64,000 nt of DNA from the NCBI GenBank assembly GCA_049325595.1, contig JBMOLF010000010.1, forward strand, positions 220,113 through 284,112. Direction: 5' to 3'. Below the pieces are notes generated by a model. The model worked only from the letters and a program-made list of their open reading frames with translations, had not been told where the DNA came from and made no database searches. The translations under genes and the position numbers were made by a program. Of the stretch, positions 30,451-39,717 are shown piece by piece (the stretch's first letter is position 1; each line of letters opens with the position of its first letter). This stretch comes from Candidatus Babelota bacterium (GTDB lineage Bacteria; Babelota; Babeliae; Babelales; Vermiphilaceae).

Positions 30451-30969
30451 GTGAAACAATTACATATTTTCGATACGAGTGATTCTGAAACAAGCTCTCA
30501 TAATTCTGTTTTGTCACATCATTATACATTATATGTTGATGGGGCATCGCGTAATAATCCAGGAGATGCTGGCGCAGGTATGTATATTGAAAAAGATGGA
30601 CAGTCGCTTGAAAAGCGTGGCTTTTATTTGGGTGTGAGAACAAACAATCAAGCTGAATATTTAGCCTTGTTAGTAGGTATTTACTATACCAAAAAACATA
30701 TGTTGCCCCAAGATACCTTAAGTATAATATCAGACTCAGAACTTTTAGTACGACAAGTTAAAGGTTTGTATAAAGTTAAACAACCAGAATTGCAACAATT
30801 ATTTGCTGCCGTAAAAAAAACATTACAACCAATTCGTTACACCATTTCACATGTGTTACGCGAGAAAAATAAGCAAGCTGATGCAATGGCAAATTATGGT
30901 ATCGATAAAAAAATTATGCCACCACAAGAATTTTTAAATGTGTTAAAAAATTATGATATTAACTGGTAA
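30451..30969 (+). CDS. rnhA: Ribonuclease HI family protein with N-terminal extension
   Basis: YVDGASRNNPG, TNNQAEY, SDSELLVRQ, REKNKQADAMAN; GTG start after GAGGA. Confidence 0.92.
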   Translation: MKQLHIFDTSDSETSSHNSVLSHHYTLYVDGASRNNPGDAGAGMYIEKDGQSLEKRGFYLGVRTNNQAEYLALLVGIYYTKKHMLPQDTLSIISDSELLVRQVKGLYKVKQPELQQLFAAVKKTLQPIRYTISHVLREKNKQADAMANYGIDKKIMPPQEFLNVLKNYDINW

Positions 30970-32113
30970 ATTTTTTTTAGGTTTAATAATCCTATTTTTT
31001 AGTATAAACAATAGTTTTGCTCAAGAAGAACTAGTTACTTTAAAAAAGAATTATAATGTTCGCATTTTACTTGCAGAATCTCCATCGGATCAAACGCACT
31101 GGACCCTAGAAACAGATCAAGGAGTTGTCTTTGTTGATCCATCAAATCCTAACAATAAATTAAAATATGCTGCTAACAATCTAACGATTACTTATCAAAA
31201 GGGATATTGGCATATAAATAATAAAAAATTTAATACAAATCGCGTCTTAATAATTCCCTGTAAAGATTATTTAACCTTTAATATCAATCAATATAAAGGG
31301 GCCATTCTTTTAGATAGCCGGAATGATAAAACATATCTAATTAATATTCTTGATCTAGAAGATTATGTATACTGCGTATTGAAAACTGAAAGTTGGCCGG
31401 GGTGGCCCTTAGAAGTGAATAAGGTATTTGCGATCGCATGCCGAACATATGCTATCCATATGATAACACACAATAATAAAAAAAATTCATATCATTTAAA
31501 AAATAGCAATCTTCACCAAACCTATAAAGGCATGCATACTCGAGATGATTTAAAACTTGCAGTAGAACAAACTAAGGGATTATTTTTAGCTCATAATAAC
31601 AAGCCAATTATAGCAATGTTTGATATTTGCTGTGGTGGCGTGATTCCGTCTTGCATTGATGGCTTTGATTTTGTTAAAGCTCCCTATCTTGCTCGTGACT
31701 ATGCATGTACACATTGCAAACGATGTAAAGTATTTAATTGGTCTGCTGAATATTCCCTTGATCAGTTAGAGAAAATTTTGCAGCAAGAGATTAATTCTTT
31801 AAAAAAATTAAAGACTATAAAGATTAATAAAAAGGATAAGGCAATGTTAACTAAAGAAGTAATGGTTGTAGGTTCTTCTGGTTGGCACGCATTGCCGATC
31901 AAAAAAATATATTCATTACTTAAAGATAAAATTAAAAGTTTTTGTTTTTCGGTAACAACACAAGGTAAGCAGATTGTTTTTACCGGTAAAGGTTTTGGGC
32001 ATCATTTAGGAATTTGCCAATGGGGTGCACGCGAAATGGTTCGTGATGGATGGAAATTTGAGCAGGTATTAGAATTTTATTATCCAGGTACCCGCTTTAT
32101 GAAGCTCATTTGA
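30953..32113 (+). CDS. SpoIID/LytB domain peptidoglycan lytic transglycosylase
   Basis: INILDLEDYVYCVLKTE, AIACRTYA, HQTYKG, GKGFGHHLGICQWGA, LEFYYPG; signal peptide. Confidence 0.93.
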   Translation: MILTGKFFLGLIILFFSINNSFAQEELVTLKKNYNVRILLAESPSDQTHWTLETDQGVVFVDPSNPNNKLKYAANNLTITYQKGYWHINNKKFNTNRVLIIPCKDYLTFNINQYKGAILLDSRNDKTYLINILDLEDYVYCVLKTESWPGWPLEVNKVFAIACRTYAIHMITHNNKKNSYHLKNSNLHQTYKGMHTRDDLKLAVEQTKGLFLAHNNKPIIAMFDICCGGVIPSCIDGFDFVKAPYLARDYACTHCKRCKVFNWSAEYSLDQLEKILQQEINSLKKLKTIKINKKDKAMLTKEVMVVGSSGWHALPIKKIYSLLKDKIKSFCFSVTTQGKQIVFTGKGFGHHLGICQWGAREMVRDGWKFEQVLEFYYPGTRFMKLI

Positions 32114-32123
32114 AAGGTAAATA

Positions 32124-32507
32124 ATGATTACCAAATTAACTCATCTTATGCTTTTAGTTCATAATCAAAACGATGCACTAAAGTTTTATACCGAACAACT
32201 TAATTTTAAAATTCATCCTGATGCACAATTTGGTCCAGAGCGTTGGCTTACCATTTGCGCTCATAATCAGTCTGATTTTGAAATTGCACTTATGCATGCT
32301 AATGATCAAGAAAAAGATTTGGTTGGTCGTCAGGCAGGTTCAAAACCTTTTTTTGTTATAGAAACAGATAATTGCATCGAAGATTACAAGTTATTCCAAC
32401 TTCGGGGAATACACTTTTTAAGTGAGCCAAAGGAAGAGCTTTGGGGAACGAGTGCTTTATTTCAAGATTTATATGGCAACATAATTTTGTTAAATCAAAG
32501 CAAATGA
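32124..32507 (+). CDS. VOC/glyoxalase family protein
   Basis: ALKFYTEQL, ERWLTI, EPKEELWGTSALFQDLYGN. Confidence 0.9.
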   Translation: MITKLTHLMLLVHNQNDALKFYTEQLNFKIHPDAQFGPERWLTICAHNQSDFEIALMHANDQEKDLVGRQAGSKPFFVIETDNCIEDYKLFQLRGIHFLSEPKEELWGTSALFQDLYGNIILLNQSK

Positions 32508-32509
32508 TT

Positions 32510-33364
32510 TTAGTTATTGGTTCTTTGCTTTTTTAACACCTCTTGAGTAAACCTCATAGCGGGGATTGCAGATAAAAATACTATATTACGCCAAAAAATA
32601 TCTTTGAGTGTTGCAAGTCCTTTAATTCCTTGTTGTTTATAAATTTGATTAAAAGCTTTTAGAGCTGAGATATTATTTTTTTGTGCTTTTGTTTTAATTT
32701 TATCTACAGGGGTGCTTAAGGTTGCAGTGACTAAAGCTACTGGTATGCTACCCCCTAAAGAATATAAAGCAGGATTTTGAGTTGGCAAATTTACAAGCTG
32801 TGCAGCACGATCTGAAAATAAAAAACCTGCTGAAAACATTTCTCGTATTCCCGTTACGCTAACATTTCGATAAACATTGGAAAATTTACTACTGCGAATA
32901 GCACGCCAAAGAGTCGTTTTAAGATCTTGTTGTTTGAGTGTATAATAATCTGCGGGACATACAATAATAGCAGATGCTATGCCCGCCCCCATTACTGCAC
33001 TTACTTCTTCCAGCGCAGATAATTCATAAGATGATTTATGATAAATATATTTTTCGATTGTAACCTTAAGAGGTGTTTGAACCACGGTCCCCAGCGTTAA
33101 ACTTGCTGTAAATGGTATCACGCCTCGTCTCAATTCATAAGTGCTTTTCATCAAATTTCTAATAACAGTGTAGCGGTTATCTTTCAAGTAAATTGGTTGA
33201 TTACTGTAGCTTTTATTTTTAGCGGCATTAGGAAGTTGTGCGGCTAAACTACCAGCTATACCCATAATGCTTCCATCAATAATAGCAGAGTTGATTTCAT
33301 TGTGTTCTGATCCATAGATTACCGCTGTAAAACTAACTAAAATAAAAATAAAATGTTTATGCAT
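32510..33364 (-). CDS. Mitochondrial carrier (SLC25/MCF)-like protein with signal peptide
   Basis: Three-repeat architecture; signatures CPADYYTLKQQ and TPVDKIKTKAQ (Px[DE]xx[KR]x[KR]xQ-like), VYRNVSVTGIRE, IYKQQGIKGL. Confidence 0.8.
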   Translation of the reverse strand: MHKHFIFILVSFTAVIYGSEHNEINSAIIDGSIMGIAGSLAAQLPNAAKNKSYSNQPIYLKDNRYTVIRNLMKSTYELRRGVIPFTASLTLGTVVQTPLKVTIEKYIYHKSSYELSALEEVSAVMGAGIASAIIVCPADYYTLKQQDLKTTLWRAIRSSKFSNVYRNVSVTGIREMFSAGFLFSDRAAQLVNLPTQNPALYSLGGSIPVALVTATLSTPVDKIKTKAQKNNISALKAFNQIYKQQGIKGLATLKDIFWRNIVFLSAIPAMRFTQEVLKKQRTNN

Positions 33365-33378
33365 GATTTGTCTCTTGT

Positions 33379-34353
33379 TTATATAAGCTTAATCCAAGGC
33401 TCTAAATCATTAGGAATTTTTAAATTTAATTCTTTTAATGTTTTTTTATTGACTAATAAAATGTCTTTTGGTGCATGGGCTATGGCTATTTCATAGGGTT
33501 TTTTTTGATAGGTTAATATTTCAAAGGCGGCAATGGCAGCCTGCATGCCATTAGTTTCATAATCTATTCCATACGATGCAATAATGCCTGGAAATGAAAT
33601 TAATGCATTGTCACATACCCATATAGGTTTTTTTGTTTTGCTTGCTCGTTGCGTAATGGTTTGAATCATCGAAGATAGGGTATTGTCTGTTGGTATAAAT
33701 AAAACATCTGCATTATGTAAAGCATTATCAATAGCGGCATACAATGTTGAATCTGCGTCAAAAACAATTTCAAGTGGATTGAGTCCTGCAGCAAGCATAG
33801 CATCGATTAACTTTTTAGAAATCATTCTAGAATTTTGTTCAACAGCGGTATACATAATAGCAACTGTTTTTACTTGCGGCATTAACTGCTTAAGATAATT
33901 AATGTGATAGCTCGGATCGGTCATATCTGAGCTGCCGGTAATATTGGTTTGGTTATAAGCAAGCCCTAATTCATGTGGATCTGATACAGCTGCTACAATA
34001 ATAGGTTTTTCTTTTTCAAATTCGGCAATTGCTTGAGCTGCAGGTGTTCCCAATGCACATATGAGATTGACTGTTTGATTTTCATGAAAGTTTTTAGCTA
34101 TAGTTTGAATTTGTGAATAAGATCCATAGGCATTGAAATGGACAAAGTCAACTGAGGTTCCAAGTCTTTCTGTTAGTGTTTTGATAAATCCTTCACGGGC
34201 AAGATCTAATGCTGGATGAGAAGTGGTTTGTATAATACCAATAGTATATTGTGGTTTGCCATCTCGCTTTTCTAAATTTATTTGAATAATAACAACACCA
34301 ACAATGGCAGTTATTACAAAGGCGATCAAAAATAGAGCAGATCGATTCTTCAT
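33379..34353 (-). CDS. ABC transporter substrate-binding protein (putative Trp/Tyr type, ABC_sub_bind family)
   Basis: IGIIQTTSHPALDLAREGF, GTPAAQA, AVSDP, NITGSSD, PTDN. Confidence 0.88.
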   Translation of the reverse strand: MKNRSALFLIAFVITAIVGVVIIQINLEKRDGKPQYTIGIIQTTSHPALDLAREGFIKTLTERLGTSVDFVHFNAYGSYSQIQTIAKNFHENQTVNLICALGTPAAQAIAEFEKEKPIIVAAVSDPHELGLAYNQTNITGSSDMTDPSYHINYLKQLMPQVKTVAIMYTAVEQNSRMISKKLIDAMLAAGLNPLEIVFDADSTLYAAIDNALHNADVLFIPTDNTLSSMIQTITQRASKTKKPIWVCDNALISFPGIIASYGIDYETNGMQAAIAAFEILTYQKKPYEIAIAHAPKDILLVNKKTLKELNLKIPNDLEPWIKLI

Positions 34354-34467
34354 TGCTAAATTCCTGTAAATTACAATCTAGGGTATACTCGCCTCAAATA
34401 TAATTTAGTTTATAATTTTTTACCAAGAAAAAATTCATAATATTTTTTTTAAGATGAAAGAGTTGCG

Positions 34468-34932
34468 ATGCCAAATTATAAAGGTCATTTATGTGGTGGA
34501 ATAGCTATATATGGCTTAACTTTATTTTTAATTTCGCATTATTTGTATGCCCCAAACTTTATAACCAGTTTGGAGTGGCTATTTTTTGCGTGTGCAGGTG
34601 CACTATTTCCTGATGTTGACACTAAAAGCAAAGGCCAGAAATGGTATTTTAGATTCCTATTTATTTTATTACTCTACGCATTATGTACCAATTATACTTA
34701 TGGTATGTGGTTTGCTATGTTTTGTATTGTGCTACCATTGACGGTTAAGCATCGAGGGATGTTTCATCGAATATGGTTTGTTGTTGGTATTCCAGTGGCA
34801 GCTGGGCTGATATCATGTGCGTATATACCCTGGTGCCGTACTGTTATCTGGTACGACACTTTATTTTTTATACTCGGTGCTCTGTCACACATATGGCTAG
34901 ATTTAGGATTAAAACGTATGTTTAGATGGTAA
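34468..34932 (+). CDS. Membrane metal-dependent hydrolase (YdjM-like)
   Basis: YKGH, FPDVD, HRGMFH, SHIWLD motifs with TM helices. Confidence 0.88.
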   Translation: MPNYKGHLCGGIAIYGLTLFLISHYLYAPNFITSLEWLFFACAGALFPDVDTKSKGQKWYFRFLFILLLYALCTNYTYGMWFAMFCIVLPLTVKHRGMFHRIWFVVGIPVAAGLISCAYIPWCRTVIWYDTLFFILGALSHIWLDLGLKRMFRW

Positions 34933-36357
34933 TCTATTGGTAAATTTAGAAATAACTTTTATTAAAATAAAACCAATAATAAAACCAGGTAACATTTCGT
35001 TAACATGGAACCCAAAAATAAGCGGATTAATTAAACGCCAAATTATAGCTGTTAATCCTCCAGCAAAAATACCAGCTAATGCGCCATACTTATTAATATT
35101 ATGTCCATAAAGTGATAATACTGTTAATGGGCCAAATGAAGCTCCCAGTCCACTCCAAGCAAATTGAACAAGCCCAAATATAGTGCTTTCTTCATTCCAC
35201 GAAGTAATAAAAGCAGCTAAAGCAATAACTATAATCGAGCTTCTAAATATGCGTATTAATTCTTTTTGAGATGCGTTGATACGATATTTTTTCTTGTAAA
35301 GATCATCTGTGATAATTCCGGCTAAAACAAGCATCTGTGCATTCATCGTAGAAAGTGTTGCTGATAAAATACCACACAAAATGAGTCCAGCAATAAACGG
35401 GGTAAATAATTGAAGCGCCATGGAAATAAATAATTGTCGCTCAGGGTTAATAAGCGGATAATTAAAAAACGCTAGAGCAGCAAATCCAGATAATGCAGCG
35501 CCAGATAATGCAAGTATTTGCCAGGTTAATCCTATATATTTAGATTTATGCATTTCAGTAACATTTTTAGCACCCATAAACTTAGATAAAATATGTGGCA
35601 TACCAAGGTAACCAAGTCCCCAAGCTATTGGATCTAATAAAATTGCAATAAATTGTTTAAAACTTGGAATAAGTTCTAATGATAATTGCTTATGATGAGC
35701 AGCTGTTATGATAGGAGCTATTCCGCCAACTGATTTTATTGCAAATAAAGGAGTAATCAGCACAACGCCCAACAAAAAAATTCCTTGAAAAAAATCAACC
35801 CATGCTGCTGCAAGATAACCCCCCATAAAGGTATAGGTTAGTGTAACAACAATAGCAAGCGTGCTTCCGATATGATAAGGAATACCAAAACCGGTATTGA
35901 GCAAATATCCACCACCTTTAATTCCAGCTGCAAGATAGATAATAAAAAAGAAACCCATTATAGCAGCACCCAATAAACTGATTCTTCCTTGTTGCTCCTG
36001 ATACTTTGCCTCAAAAAATGAAGTAAGTGTGGTGGCATTATAACCGGCAGTAGCTTGACGTATTGCTGGCGCAATAAATTGCCAGCTTACAAACATACCT
36101 AATACAAGACTTATTGCTACCCATAAACTAAAGGCGCCGGTAAGATAAATTGCTGCAGGAAACCCTAAAAAAAGCCAATCACTCATATCAGCAGCATGCG
36201 CAGAAATTGCAGTCACCCAATAATTAACAGATCTACCACCAACAATAAAATCAGTAGCACTTTTCTGTTGTTTTTTTTGGTGATGTGAGACAGTAATACC
36301 GATAATAATTAGAGTTGCAACATAGATAATAAAGGCAAAAATCATCTGAATATTCAT
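34909..36357 (-). CDS. putP: Sodium/proline symporter (SSS family)
   Basis: AISAHAADMSDWLFLGFP, WGLGYLGMPHIL, AWSGLGASFGP; multiple TM helices. Confidence 0.88.
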   Translation of the reverse strand: MNIQMIFAFIIYVATLIIIGITVSHHQKKQQKSATDFIVGGRSVNYWVTAISAHAADMSDWLFLGFPAAIYLTGAFSLWVAISLVLGMFVSWQFIAPAIRQATAGYNATTLTSFFEAKYQEQQGRISLLGAAIMGFFFIIYLAAGIKGGGYLLNTGFGIPYHIGSTLAIVVTLTYTFMGGYLAAAWVDFFQGIFLLGVVLITPLFAIKSVGGIAPIITAAHHKQLSLELIPSFKQFIAILLDPIAWGLGYLGMPHILSKFMGAKNVTEMHKSKYIGLTWQILALSGAALSGFAALAFFNYPLINPERQLFISMALQLFTPFIAGLILCGILSATLSTMNAQMLVLAGIITDDLYKKKYRINASQKELIRIFRSSIIVIALAAFITSWNEESTIFGLVQFAWSGLGASFGPLTVLSLYGHNINKYGALAGIFAGGLTAIIWRLINPLIFGFHVNEMLPGFIIGFILIKVISKFTNRLPSKHTF

Positions 36358-36417
36358 AGCGTTTTTTCTCCCAAAAAAATTGTAAATAAGATTAACTCAA
36401 AAAGGTTGATTGAGTAA

Positions 36418-36486
36418 TTAAATACAACCCCAACGGGGAGTTACGCAGGATAGATATAAGTGATAAGATTTTTTGTCTTGTTTCAT
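36418..36486 (-). CDS. Putative leaderless leader peptide (uORF) of putP, 22 aa
   Basis: MKQDKKSYHLYLSCVTPRWGCI*; ATG lies 7 nt after a TTGTAT-17-TACATT promoter; contains a CCCC/GGGG hairpin and a CTCCC complementary to the putP SD. Confidence 0.45.
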   Translation of the reverse strand: MKQDKKSYHLYLSCVTPRWGCI

Positions 36487-36493
36487 AAGTACT

Positions 36494-36522
36494 AATGTAA
36501 ATTAAGTTATCTAATAATACAA
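36494..36522 (-). promoter_or_regulatory. Putative sigma70 promoter for uORF-putP
   Basis: Minus strand TTGTAT-tattagataacttaatt (17 nt)-TACATT. Confidence 0.5.
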
Positions 36523-36523
36523 C

Positions 36524-37348
36524 TTATTCTGCGATAAATTGGTCTAATTTAAATAGTTTAAAAGCATTTTGCGTTGTTTGCTTACTAATTGTTTCAAAAG
36601 AGACCGTTCGTAAGGATGCAAGATATTCGGCAATAAGTTTGATGTGATGAGGATAGTTTTTTTTACCTCTAAATGGTTGTGGAGGTAAATAAGGAGCATC
36701 AGTTTCCAATACAATTGCTTCAAGAGGAATAGTAGCAAAGATATCGCGTAAAAAATTGTTTTTAGGGTAGGTTAAAGTTCCACCTATGCCAAGTTTAAAT
36801 CCCATTTCTAAACAAAATTGTGCAAAATCATTGTTTTCTGAAAAACAGTGAATGACGGTGCGAGTTAATTGTCCTTTATATTGTTCGAGTGCGCGCGCAG
36901 TTTCTTCTCGTGCATCGCGTGTATGAACAACAAGTGCACAATCGTATTCTAAGGCAAATTCAATTTGCTTATGAAAAGCATCCGATTGACGTTGTAGATT
37001 ATAGTTGGGATAGTGCATATCAAAGCCACATTCACCAATAGCAACTATTTTATGTTCTTTTTTTTGCTTGAGAAGCTTTTCAATTTCTTTTAAATCATTT
37101 TTCCAATCGTTGGTTAAATCATTAGGATGAATACCAATTGCTGCAAAATTGTGCGTATATTTTTTTGCAAGAACAATACAATTATGACTTTCAATAAGTG
37201 AGGTACCAACATTTAAAATATATTTTACCTCGTATTGATTTGCTTGATCTATAAATTCTTTTGCAGCATCTATTTCGTCTAGGGTAAGTGATCGATCAAA
37301 TACTTCTTTGATTAAAATGTTCAAATGACAGTGTGTATCAAATAACAT
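36524..37348 (-). CDS. tatD: TatD family DNase
   Basis: DTHCHL, GIHP, AIGECGFD, VHTRDA, HCFS, ETDAPYL. Confidence 0.95.
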   Translation of the reverse strand: MLFDTHCHLNILIKEVFDRSLTLDEIDAAKEFIDQANQYEVKYILNVGTSLIESHNCIVLAKKYTHNFAAIGIHPNDLTNDWKNDLKEIEKLLKQKKEHKIVAIGECGFDMHYPNYNLQRQSDAFHKQIEFALEYDCALVVHTRDAREETARALEQYKGQLTRTVIHCFSENNDFAQFCLEMGFKLGIGGTLTYPKNNFLRDIFATIPLEAIVLETDAPYLPPQPFRGKKNYPHHIKLIAEYLASLRTVSFETISKQTTQNAFKLFKLDQFIAE

Positions 37349-37552
37349 AAAATTCCCATTTTTAAAATATTTATTTTTTTGCAATATTAACAGTCTACAA
37401 ATCACTTTCTAATGCGAGTTTTCAATAATTTTTGCCAATTTGACAAAGTGGTAAATAGAATTACTCTATGTTACAAAGATTAAAAAAAATTAAAAGAGAA
37501 GAGAGAGTAATGCAAGTGCAGTGTTTAACTATATATAATCTGAGGAGTAACC

Positions 37553-37840
37553 ATGAACAAAAGTGAATTAATAAATTCACTGAGCGAAGAAACTGCGTTC
37601 AGCAAAAAAGATGTAACGCGTGTTCTTGAATCTTTAACTCGTATTATTGAACGTACTTTAAAAAAAGGTGAAAAAGTTTCTATCACCGGTTTTGGAGCTT
37701 TCTGGATTTCTCAACGTCCAGCACGTAAAGGAATCAATCCATCAACAAAACAGCGTATTGATCTTCCTGCCGTAAATGTTCCACGTTTCAAAGCGGGAAA
37801 AAATTTACGCGAAGTATTACGTTCAATTAAACTTGGTTGA
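37553..37840 (+). CDS. hup: DNA-binding protein HU
   Basis: MNKSELI, GFGAF, RKGINP, PRFKAGKNL; GAGGAG RBS. Confidence 0.96.
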   Translation: MNKSELINSLSEETAFSKKDVTRVLESLTRIIERTLKKGEKVSITGFGAFWISQRPARKGINPSTKQRIDLPAVNVPRFKAGKNLREVLRSIKLG

Positions 37841-37875
37841 TGAAAATCCAGTTCTCAAATTGAGCTTTTATTCAG

Positions 37876-37905
37876 AAGGTCGCATTCATCATGCGGCCTT
37901 TTTTT
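37876..37905 (+). terminator. Intrinsic terminator after hup
   Basis: aaggtcgcat-tcatc-atgcggcctt plus T-run. Confidence 0.8.
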
Positions 37906-37921
37906 AATAAAGGATATATTC

Positions 37922-38392
37922 ATGATAGTTTCAAAAGATATTGTTCAATATTCAGCATTTAATATTATTGGTATTCAAGTACGCACTAATAACAATGAAG
38001 CAGTGACTACCGTTCCTACTTTGTGGCAACAATGGCATAACAATAATATTTTTCATAAAATACCCAATAAAATAAATACTACCGAGTATTTTGCAGTTTA
38101 CACCGATTATGAATCAGATGAACATGGAGATTATACCTTAATTATAGGGGCACAAGTAGACTCACTTTCTGATATTCCTCAAGGATGTGTCGGACGTTTT
38201 ATTCCTACAGCATCTTACGTGAAGTTTGGTGTAGCGGGCGTTGTTCCGGTGTGTATTATTGAAGCATGGCATTCTATCTGGTCTTCTGAATTTTCTTATG
38301 AACGCGCTTTTACGTATGACTTTGAAGTATATCCAATAAAAACTGCAAGTAATACTGAACCAGTAGCTCATATTTATGTTGCAATTAAGTAA
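37922..38392 (+). CDS. GyrI-like small-molecule binding protein
   Basis: IIGIQVRTNN, AVYTDYESDEHGDYT, RAFTYDFEVY. Confidence 0.88.
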   Translation: MIVSKDIVQYSAFNIIGIQVRTNNNEAVTTVPTLWQQWHNNNIFHKIPNKINTTEYFAVYTDYESDEHGDYTLIIGAQVDSLSDIPQGCVGRFIPTASYVKFGVAGVVPVCIIEAWHSIWSSEFSYERAFTYDFEVYPIKTASNTEPVAHIYVAIK

Positions 38393-38467
38393 AGCGCATT
38401 TTTCTTTTCATCTCTTTTAAAATCATTATTATAGAGGAATATAAGCACATTATCTTTTGGGAGCCCT

Positions 38468-39703
38468 ATGATAGATTTAAAACTTTTGCGTGAAAATCCA
38501 ACAGAGATGATAACGCTCTTACAAAAAAAAGATCCCTTATTTGATGCTCGACGTTTATATGATCTTGATGCTCAAATAAGACAATTGCGTATTGAGATTG
38601 ATGCTTTGCGTCATAAAAAAAATGAATTGGCTCAACAAGGCAAATCAGGCATAACATCTGAATTACGTACCCAATCGATAGAAATAAGTAAAATTTTAAA
38701 AGAAAAAGAATCGGGTCTTGCCGATATTGAAAAAGAATTTAATCAATTATATTTATCATGTCCCAATGTGCCAGCTGCTGATATTCCAGAAGGTGGCAAA
38801 GAATCAAATAAAATAGTAAAAATTGTTGGGCAAAAATCTCAATTTTCTTTTCCCGTGAAAAATCATTTGGAATTGGGCACATCCTTAAAATGGTTTGATT
38901 TTGAAACAGCTGCTCAAATCACCGCCGGTAATTTTCCTTTATATATGGGCGATGGGGTAAAAGTTATTTATGCGTTGACCATGATGATGCTTAAAAATAA
39001 TATGAAATTTGGTTATGAACCAATATTGCCAAGTTATTTAGTAAATGAAGAATCTCTTACTGTTGCAAGTAATTTCCCTAAATTTAAAGATCAAGTTTTT
39101 GCCGTAACAGCAGACAATCTTTATTTAACTCCTACTGCGGAAGTTAATCTTGCAAATATATACCGTAACAAAATACTATCATCAGAACAATTGCCGATTA
39201 GAATGACTGCATGGACAAGCTGTTTTAGAAGAGAAGCTGGAGGCTATGGTGCTCATGAGCGTGGCCTTATTCGCATGCATCAATTTGAAAAAGTTGAATT
39301 GTTTACCGTATGTCAGCCAGAACAAGCAGCTCAAGAACAAGAACGTATGCTTGCTTGCGCAGAGTCAATTTTGCAACAACTTGGTTTGCATTATCGTATT
39401 AGCTTATTAGCTGGCCAAGATTGTTCTTTTGCTTCAGCAAAAACATACGATATTGAAGTATGGTTGCCTGGTCAAGGCATGTATTATGAGGTATCTTCAA
39501 TTAGTAATTGTACCGATTTTCAAGCTCGTCGCGGTATGATTAGATACCGAAAAACGGCTGATTCAAAAACTGAATTAGTAAATACACTGAACGGTTCATC
39601 GTTGGCGCTTTCTCGCTTGATGGTTGCTATTTTAGAAACATACCAAAAAGAAGATGGATCGGTTGAAATTCCTGATGTATTAAAAAAAGAAGGAATATTT
39701 TAA
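38468..39703 (+). CDS. serS: Serine--tRNA ligase
   Basis: LTPTAEV, CFRREAG, GLIRMHQFEKVE, YDIEVWLP, SNCTDFQARR, TLNGS. Confidence 0.98.
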   Translation: MIDLKLLRENPTEMITLLQKKDPLFDARRLYDLDAQIRQLRIEIDALRHKKNELAQQGKSGITSELRTQSIEISKILKEKESGLADIEKEFNQLYLSCPNVPAADIPEGGKESNKIVKIVGQKSQFSFPVKNHLELGTSLKWFDFETAAQITAGNFPLYMGDGVKVIYALTMMMLKNNMKFGYEPILPSYLVNEESLTVASNFPKFKDQVFAVTADNLYLTPTAEVNLANIYRNKILSSEQLPIRMTAWTSCFRREAGGYGAHERGLIRMHQFEKVELFTVCQPEQAAQEQERMLACAESILQQLGLHYRISLLAGQDCSFASAKTYDIEVWLPGQGMYYEVSSISNCTDFQARRGMIRYRKTADSKTELVNTLNGSSLALSRLMVAILETYQKEDGSVEIPDVLKKEGIF

Positions 39704-39717
39704 GAAGGGTTAGGCTC

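Noticed and set aside
34394..34438. 14-codon ORF (MNFFLVKNYKLNYI) upstream of the ABC binding protein
   Set aside because: Lies in an AT-rich divergent promoter region with no RBS or structure; likely chance
20186..37900. Similar GTCGCAT stems in the terminators after nifU and hup as a repeat family
   Set aside because: Only two short copies, fully explained as terminators
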